Source: Myxococcota bacterium (lineage in GTDB: Bacteria; Myxococcota; UBA727; JABDBI01). From it: a stretch of 64,000 nucleotides of DNA. Below are positions 58,294 through 64,000 of this stretch, one piece after another. Location of the stretch: the NCBI GenBank assembly GCA_040387835.1, contig JAZKCZ010000002.1, forward strand, positions 581,818 to 645,817, in the 5' to 3' direction. A model generated the notes under the pieces. It was not told the origin of the DNA. It saw only the letters and a program-made list of their open reading frames with translations, and made no database searches. The stretch's first letter is position 1; each line of letters starts with the position of its first letter. The position numbers and the translations under genes are program-made.

Positions 58294-59310
58294 GTGCCAA
58301 TGAGAACTACTGCTCTTTATCAGCGCCACGTCGAGCTTGGCGCTCAGATGACAGATTTTGCCGGTTATCAAATGCCGGTGCGATACAGCGGCGACAAGCT
58401 TGAGCATATGGTGGTTCGGGAAAACGCCGGCATTTTCGATGTTAGCCATATGGGCGAAGTTTGGATCGAGGGCCTTCACGCTGAGGCAGAGGTTTCAAAG
58501 CTTTTAAATCATGACGCCAGCAAACATGCACCAGGTAAAGCATTCTACTCGGTTATCATGAACGACCACTCAGGCATCGTTGATGACGTTATCGCCTATA
58601 AATTCTCGCCGCAAAAGTTTCTCATCTGCGTGAACGCTTCCAACCGATTCAAAGATTTCAAATGGATTAAAGCGCACACCGATGCGAACGTGAGGGATGC
58701 GAGCGAAGCCTGGTCGCAAATCGCCATCCAAGGCCCAAATGCCAGAGCGATTGCCGCGGAATACTTAGGCTCTGAAATATTAGACATCCCTCGCTTTGGC
58801 TTTATCGAAGGGGAATTCATCATCGCTCGCACTGGCTATACAGGCGAAGATGGTTTTGAGATTTTTTGCCCGAACTATCAAGTTGCTTCACTATGGGACA
58901 CGCTTTGTCAGAAAGCCACCCCTTGCGGCCTCGCGGCCAGAGACACCCTGCGTCTCGAAGCCGGCATGTGCCTTTATGGCCATGAACTAGCAGACGACAT
59001 CACCCCTTGGGAAGCCGGCCTTGGGTGGTGCCTAAACTTGCCCAAGCAAGAACCAAAGCGCCGCCTGGTCGGTCTAAACATATCAGGCAATGCCATCGCC
59101 CGCGCCGACTATGAAGTTTGCACGGAACAAGGCGATCAGATAGGCTGGGTTACCTCAGGCACCAAAACGCCTTATCTCAACCGCGCCATTGCCATGGCCT
59201 ACATAGACACGCCCCATTGCGATACCGGATCGGCCGTGTACGTAAAAGTCAGAGGGCGCCTGGAGCCCGCTTACATCTGCAAACTGCCATTTTATCGGAG
59301 GGACTCATGA
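58294..59310 (+). CDS. gcvT: glycine cleavage system T protein (aminomethyltransferase)
   Basis: TALYQRHVELGAQMTDFAGYQMPVRYSG...GIFDVSHMG. Confidence 0.9.
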   Translation: MPMRTTALYQRHVELGAQMTDFAGYQMPVRYSGDKLEHMVVRENAGIFDVSHMGEVWIEGLHAEAEVSKLLNHDASKHAPGKAFYSVIMNDHSGIVDDVIAYKFSPQKFLICVNASNRFKDFKWIKAHTDANVRDASEAWSQIAIQGPNARAIAAEYLGSEILDIPRFGFIEGEFIIARTGYTGEDGFEIFCPNYQVASLWDTLCQKATPCGLAARDTLRLEAGMCLYGHELADDITPWEAGLGWCLNLPKQEPKRRLVGLNISGNAIARADYEVCTEQGDQIGWVTSGTKTPYLNRAIAMAYIDTPHCDTGSAVYVKVRGRLEPAYICKLPFYRRDS

Positions 59311-59681
59311 AATATTTCACCAAAGAGCACGAATGGGTATCCATCGACGGCAATACTGCAACTGTAGGCATCACCCACCACGCTCAAAAAGCCTTGGGCG
59401 ATGTGGTGTATTTAGAGCTCCCTCAGCCCGGCAAACAAATCACCCAAGCCAAAGTGTTCGGTGTGGTTGAAAGCGTCAAAGCCGTCAGCGATTTGTTCGC
59501 GCCCATTTCAGGCGAAGTTTTAGAAACGCACGAAGATTTGATCCAAAATCCAGAATGGATCAACGAAGACCCTGAGAAAAAAGGCTGGATGATCAAAATA
59601 TCCTTCAAAAATTCCGAAGAGATAAACAAATTGCTCAGTGAAGCGGACTATCAAAAGTATTTAGATGAAGAAGTGAAATAA
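59307..59681 (+). CDS. gcvH: glycine cleavage system H protein
   Basis: MKYFTKEHEWVSIDGNTATVGITHHAQKALGDVVYLELP with the lipoyl-Lys region (VESVKAVSDL). ATGA overlap with the gcvT stop. Confidence 0.85.
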   Translation: MKYFTKEHEWVSIDGNTATVGITHHAQKALGDVVYLELPQPGKQITQAKVFGVVESVKAVSDLFAPISGEVLETHEDLIQNPEWINEDPEKKGWMIKISFKNSEEINKLLSEADYQKYLDEEVK

Positions 59682-59696
59682 AATTTATGGAGGTTT

Positions 59697-60062
59697 TTGA
59701 TGTTAATGAAAATAATTTTGAATGCAGCCGGCTTTTTGACGGCCATATTAATCGTTCCTGGCATTCATGTTCGCAGTCATGACCATTGGCATTTGATCGG
59801 CATTGCGCTCATGGCGGGCCTTATCAACACCATCTTGGGGCCGATTCTCAAATTCTTCACTTTCCCCTTCATTTTTTTGACTTTGGGGCTGTGGATCATC
59901 ATTGCCAACATGATCATGTTTTGGTTCGCCGGCAGCATGGGACAGCAGTTTGGCTTTGGTTTTACCGTAGACGGATTTTGGCCAACCTTCCAAGGTGCGC
60001 TCATTGTGAGTATTGTCAATTTAGTCTTCGGCTTTCTGTTTAAAAGCGTTCGAGGTAAGTAA
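59697..60062 (+). CDS. phage-holin-4_2 / YvlD-like family small membrane protein
   Basis: 121 aa, 4 TM. LLVPGIHV...TLGLWIIIANMIMFW pattern. The stop overlaps the ATG of the giant downstream ORF (TAATG). Confidence 0.55.
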   Translation: MMLMKIILNAAGFLTAILIVPGIHVRSHDHWHLIGIALMAGLINTILGPILKFFTFPFIFLTLGLWIIIANMIMFWFAGSMGQQFGFGFTVDGFWPTFQGALIVSIVNLVFGFLFKSVRGK

Positions 60063-63000
60063 TGGGCAAAGGCAGTTTTATTGGTGGCGTTTTTGTTGCT
60101 GGCGCTGGAGAAATTATCCGGAGCCAAAACCCGGCACGCGCCTACGAAACTGTCTTTGAAACCAACGCTGACATCAGCCATGTGGCTAAAGCGGTGGAAG
60201 CTGCCGAAAAAGCACTGCCCATTTGGCGGGGACTTACTCAAAATGAGCGTGTCCTTGCGCTTAAATCCGTAGAAGCCGTGTTCAAAAAACGCGAAGAAGA
60301 TCTAGCCCAGCGCATCACGGCCGAAATGGGCAAAATTTTCACAGAGAGCCTCTTCGAAGCCAAAAACGTCAGCGGCCGCGTCTCTCTGACCGCCGAAGAA
60401 GGACTTAAAAGGGTTGCCACCGAACACCCGCCCGGCGCTGGTGAAACCAGATATCACGCTCAAGGCATCATGGCTGTATTGGGTCCCTATAATTTCCCAG
60501 CACACCTGATGAATTCGCACATCATCCCCGCCTTGATGACCGGCAACACCATTGTCGCTAAGCCCAGCGAATTATGCCCAGGCGTTGGCGAGCTGTACGC
60601 GGAATGCTTCGAAGAAGCTGGCCTACCCGCTGGCGTTTTCAACTTAATCCAAGGCCGAGGCGATATCGGCAAAGCCCTGGTTACCCACCCCCGCATTCGG
60701 GGCGTCCTCTTCACCGGCAGCTATCAAACCGGCCGAGCCTTAACAGAAATGTTGCTCGATCACCCACACAAGATCCTGGCGCTAGAAATGGGTGGCAAAA
60801 ATACTGCCGTGGTCTTAGATGATGCCGACTTATACCAATGCTTGGTCGAAATCAGCCAAGGCGCCTTTCAAAGCGCAGGCCAACGTTGCACCGCCACTTC
60901 CCGGGTGCTCATCGATCGTCAAGTAGCGCCCAAGCTGATCCCGGCCTTAATTCGCATGGCTAAAGAGTTCGTGCCAGCAGATCCAACGAACACAGACACC
61001 GTCTTAGGCCCCATGGCTGGCCGCGCAGCTCTAGAGCGTTACCTATCGCTGCTTGAAAAAGTACGTGAGTCAGCGGGCTGCAAAGTATTACTAGAAGCAC
61101 AAGTGTTACCAGGTGGCGCCTTTGTCACGCCAAGCGTTTACCAAGTCGAACAATTTGTAGACATCGAACTCTTCGGCCCGCATTTTGATATCCAATTATT
61201 TGACGGTCTCGATGAAGCGATCAAGCTTGTTAATCAAAGCGATTACGGCCTATCAAACTCTATCTTTACTCGAAGCGAAACCAGTTTTGAGCGCTTCTAC
61301 CAAGAGACCTACTCGGGCGTGTTAAATTGGAACCGCAGCACCAACGGCTTGTCGGGCAAAGCACCCTTTGGCGGCGTTGGCAAAAGCGGCAATCATCGCC
61401 CAGCGGGCATCGATGCCGTTCGAAACGCCACCTACCCGGTGATGGTGCAAAGCCTACCCTTCGGGCACGCGGAACCGCTTGCACCTTTGGCTCTTAAGTT
61501 CAAATCAGAACAGATTGGTTTAAGCGAGACGCTTGAAGACCTGATCAAAAGCCACGAACAAGAATTCGCAGCGCAGCGCTATCGCTATTTTGACCAGCCA
61601 CACGTACCAAAAGACATTCGCCTGCCAGCCTCAGAAGTGATGCTGCAGCGGCTGTACCAAGGCGATTTGGTCCCGCGGGAAAAGAAAGAACCAATAGTCG
61701 ATCTTTTTGCGTCAAAAGGGCCCTATTTAGTATCCATTGACGAAGAGCCCTTGGTTATTTTTGATGCAGCCAGCCAAATTGCGTCGTTGGGTTTAGGCTT
61801 TAGCGCAGGTCCTTTTCAAAAGGCACTGGACGAAGGCCAATTGACGGAGAGCTTGCTATCCAATGCCGCCGATATCAGTGGCGATAGCGAAGCTTATGAA
61901 AAACTTTTGCTTTCCAGAGCCGACAAAAGCTTAAATTACGTCTCGTTTACCACCAGCGGTGCCGCAGCGAACGAAAAAGCATTCGATCTTTGTCGTTTAA
62001 ATGGCCCAGGCGGTAAGCGAATCATCGCCTTTGAAGGCTCGTTCCACGGTCGCACCATGATGGCGCTGCACGCGACTTATAACCCTGAAAAGCGTAAAGG
62101 TTTCGAACTGCCCGGCTACGAAGTCACTTTCCTACCATTTGGCTCACTCGACGGCCTCAAAGAGGCGCTCGCCAAAGGCGACATGTGCTGCGTGATTGTC
62201 GAGCCGGTCCAATGTGAAGGCGGCGATAATTTTGCCAGCATCGATTTTTTCAGAGGCGTTAGGCAAATCACCCGCGACATGGGCGTGCCCATGGTCGTTG
62301 ACGAAGTACAAACCGGCTTCGGTCTATTCGGGCCGTTCTTTTATCACACAGCCTTTGGCCTGGAAAACGGCCCCGACTGCGTAACCTTGGCTAAAAAGGC
62401 CCAACTCGGCGTCGTATTATCCACTTGGCCAGACACACGTCCAGAGCACCCTCACCAGATTCAAATCCAAAAGGGTCTGATTCAAGCCAAAGCGGTATTG
62501 GAAGCACCTTTTCAAGATCTAGAACGCCAGATCGCTGACCGATTAGCAAAACTTCACGAAGCATTCCCAATGCTGGTCTCAAACCCACGTAACACTGGCT
62601 ACGCCTTTGCCTTCAACATGCCGACCCCTGCGCAAGCCAATCATGTGGTGAACCAACGTTTTAGTCGCGGCTTCATGGTTTATATCGCCGGCGTTCAAAC
62701 GCTGAGATTCAGAGCCAATATCGACACCACGCTGAAGGAAATCGACTTTCTATTCGACGCCTTGCATGGCGCCTTAAAAGGCACAGCACCCGCTAAAACC
62801 AATGTTGTTTCTCAGGCCGCCTTGCCGCTGATGGGCGGCATCAGCATTGAGCAATTTACCCCCGATCAATGGTCTTATTACGCCAATAATATCGAAGCCT
62901 TAGAACACGCGGCCTACGAGCCAGAGCGCCGCGACAGTATGGCATATTTAGAAAGCTGGCTGAAGCAGCCTAAATCCGTCGGCCTAATCGCCAAACAACG

Positions 63001-64000
63001 CGGCGAAGTCGTCGGCTTTGCCATTGGCGGGCCGCTCGAGCATTCTAAAGTAGACGGCCCGGTGCATGATCCCATGCGTGGGCTCGGCAATACTTTTTAC
63101 TCAACCGACATTGTGATTCATGAATCGCTGCGCGGTAAAGGCGTTGGTTACCATTTAAAAGCAGCGCAAATCGAAGCCGCAAAAAAACTAGGCTACGCCT
63201 ACATGAGCGGCCGCAACCGCGTGGGCGCGACGTCTGAAATCCAGCGCATCAACAAAAGCTTCGGCGCCTATACAGTGGCCGTATACGACCACCAATACGG
63301 CAGCGATGCACAAGCACTCTACTATCGCATCCCCCTCCTAAGACCAGCCCTCCCCTCTCCCCTCTCCAGTTCCTGGAGAGGGGCCGGGGGTGAGGTCAAC
63401 TGGGCCGACTCAATCCAAGCCCCCCTAGGAAAACACTCCCCCGAAATCCTAGCCGACATTCAAAAAGGCATCTTCACCACGGCCGTCGGCACCAAGCTAA
63501 CGCTTTCCAATTTCATCACCCCTGACATGGTGCGCTACACCGAACTTTTGCGCCATTTGATGCCTAGATCATGCAAGCATCTCTACTTCACCTCTGGCCG
63601 AGATGAGATGGTAGACAAGGGTCTACGCTCGCTCAAAGTCAGCCGCCCCGGCGCCGAAATTGCCATCGGTCTCAAAGGTCAATATCTAGGCCACACCACC
63701 TGCTCTGCCAGAAGCCTAACCGACCCGGGCGATTATCAAAAACCATTCAGCTGGTTCGACTGGCCACTCGCCGAAACGGCAGAAGACATCGAAGCCTTAA
63801 TCACGGAGCACGGCGCCGATAAAATATTCGGCATCGTCATCGAACTCATGGGCGAAATGACCGGTAAAGTCATATCCCCAGATTTGCTCAGACGATTAAG
63901 CGATATTCGTGAAAAGACTGGCATCCCACTCGTGTTCGTCGAAACAGCTTCCAGCTTAGGCCGAAGCGGCGAAAGTTTATTCCTCAGCGACTCGCTCCCC
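60062..64000 (+). CDS. giant multidomain fusion protein (ALDH / class-III aminotransferase / GNAT / second aminotransferase-like domain), 3' end beyond the window
   Basis: Open frame of at least 1313 codons with no stop. N-terminal AstD-like succinylglutamate-semialdehyde dehydrogenase (VLGPYNFPAHL...ILALEMGGKN...FQSAGQRCTA...APFGGVGKSGNHRP). AT-III domain (IIAFEGSFHGRT, DEVQTGFG). GNAT (LRGKGVGYHLKAAQIEAAKKLGY). Then FTSGRDEMVDKG...VFVETASSLGRSGE. Confidence 0.7.
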   Translation, partial: MGKGSFIGGVFVAGAGEIIRSQNPARAYETVFETNADISHVAKAVEAAEKALPIWRGLTQNERVLALKSVEAVFKKREEDLAQRITAEMGKIFTESLFEAKNVSGRVSLTAEEGLKRVATEHPPGAGETRYHAQGIMAVLGPYNFPAHLMNSHIIPALMTGNTIVAKPSELCPGVGELYAECFEEAGLPAGVFNLIQGRGDIGKALVTHPRIRGVLFTGSYQTGRALTEMLLDHPHKILALEMGGKNTAVVLDDADLYQCLVEISQGAFQSAGQRCTATSRVLIDRQVAPKLIPALIRMAKEFVPADPTNTDTVLGPMAGRAALERYLSLLEKVRESAGCKVLLEAQVLPGGAFVTPSVYQVEQFVDIELFGPHFDIQLFDGLDEAIKLVNQSDYGLSNSIFTRSETSFERFYQETYSGVLNWNRSTNGLSGKAPFGGVGKSGNHRPAGIDAVRNATYPVMVQSLPFGHAEPLAPLALKFKSEQIGLSETLEDLIKSHEQEFAAQRYRYFDQPHVPKDIRLPASEVMLQRLYQGDLVPREKKEPIVDLFASKGPYLVSIDEEPLVIFDAASQIASLGLGFSAGPFQKALDEGQLTESLLSNAADISGDSEAYEKLLLSRADKSLNYVSFTTSGAAANEKAFDLCRLNGPGGKRIIAFEGSFHGRTMMALHATYNPEKRKGFELPGYEVTFLPFGSLDGLKEALAKGDMCCVIVEPVQCEGGDNFASIDFFRGVRQITRDMGVPMVVDEVQTGFGLFGPFFYHTAFGLENGPDCVTLAKKAQLGVVLSTWPDTRPEHPHQIQIQKGLIQAKAVLEAPFQDLERQIADRLAKLHEAFPMLVSNPRNTGYAFAFNMPTPAQANHVVNQRFSRGFMVYIAGVQTLRFRANIDTTLKEIDFLFDALHGALKGTAPAKTNVVSQAALPLMGGISIEQFTPDQWSYYANNIEALEHAAYEPERRDSMAYLESWLKQPKSVGLIAKQRGEVVGFAIGGPLEHSKVDGPVHDPMRGLGNTFYSTDIVIHESLRGKGVGYHLKAAQIEAAKKLGYAYMSGRNRVGATSEIQRINKSFGAYTVAVYDHQYGSDAQALYYRIPLLRPALPSPLSSSWRGAGGEVNWADSIQAPLGKHSPEILADIQKGIFTTAVGTKLTLSNFITPDMVRYTELLRHLMPRSCKHLYFTSGRDEMVDKGLRSLKVSRPGAEIAIGLKGQYLGHTTCSARSLTDPGDYQKPFSWFDWPLAETAEDIEALITEHGADKIFGIVIELMGEMTGKVISPDLLRRLSDIREKTGIPLVFVETASSLGRSGESLFLSDSLP
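63352..63396. repeat. palindromic element copy (cccctctccag ttc ctggagagggg + ccgggggtgaggtc), in-frame inside the giant ORF
   Basis: Perfect 11-bp inverted repeat at 63359-63383. Translated as PSPLSSSWRGAGGEV in an interdomain position. Confidence 0.75.

Overview
This 64 kb window has about 50% GC and is densely coding. The gene content points to a delta-proteobacterial or Bdellovibrio-like predatory lineage, based on Myxococcus-type Cys-rich repeats, many small Cys-rich secreted proteins and a fliMNOPQR block; this is a guess. Most genes are housekeeping. They include gltX (partial), mutL-miaA, guaA, orn, a YhhQ-like transporter with tgt, a peroxiredoxin, an NhaP antiporter, pepP, pssA, pal-ybgF, yidC, greA, recG, kdpAB, fliMNOPQR, secG and ychF. 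There is a large pentose-phosphate/glucose cluster (pgl, zwf, gnd, a tal-pgi fusion, rpiB, tkt, ppgK) followed by gcvTH. I found no rRNA, tRNA or CRISPR. Four things stand out. (1) A palindromic repeat family, CCCCTCTCCAG-N3-CTGGAGAGGGG followed by GGGTGAGG, occurs in three places. Two copies are in-frame insertions inside protein-coding genes (the mutL interdomain linker and a giant multidomain ORF), and one sits intergenic between convergent genes. (2) A RiPP-maturation-like trio is present: a PqqD-like RRE (B1), a transglutaminase-like leader peptidase (B2) and a nucleotidyltransferase. It lacks the Asn-synthetase-like lasso cyclase. A small ORF is tightly coupled upstream. (3) An ORF of more than 1313 aa fuses AstD-like aldehyde dehydrogenase, class-III aminotransferase, GNAT and a second aminotransferase-like domain, and runs off the window. 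(4) Two tandem low-complexity paralogs with AKGQTQSQ repeats are separated by perfect hairpins. Other oddities are an inverted partial duplicate of a DUF1566 gene, kdpAB without kdpC, fliR not followed by flhB, and a 1274-aa Cys-rich beta-helix lipoprotein.
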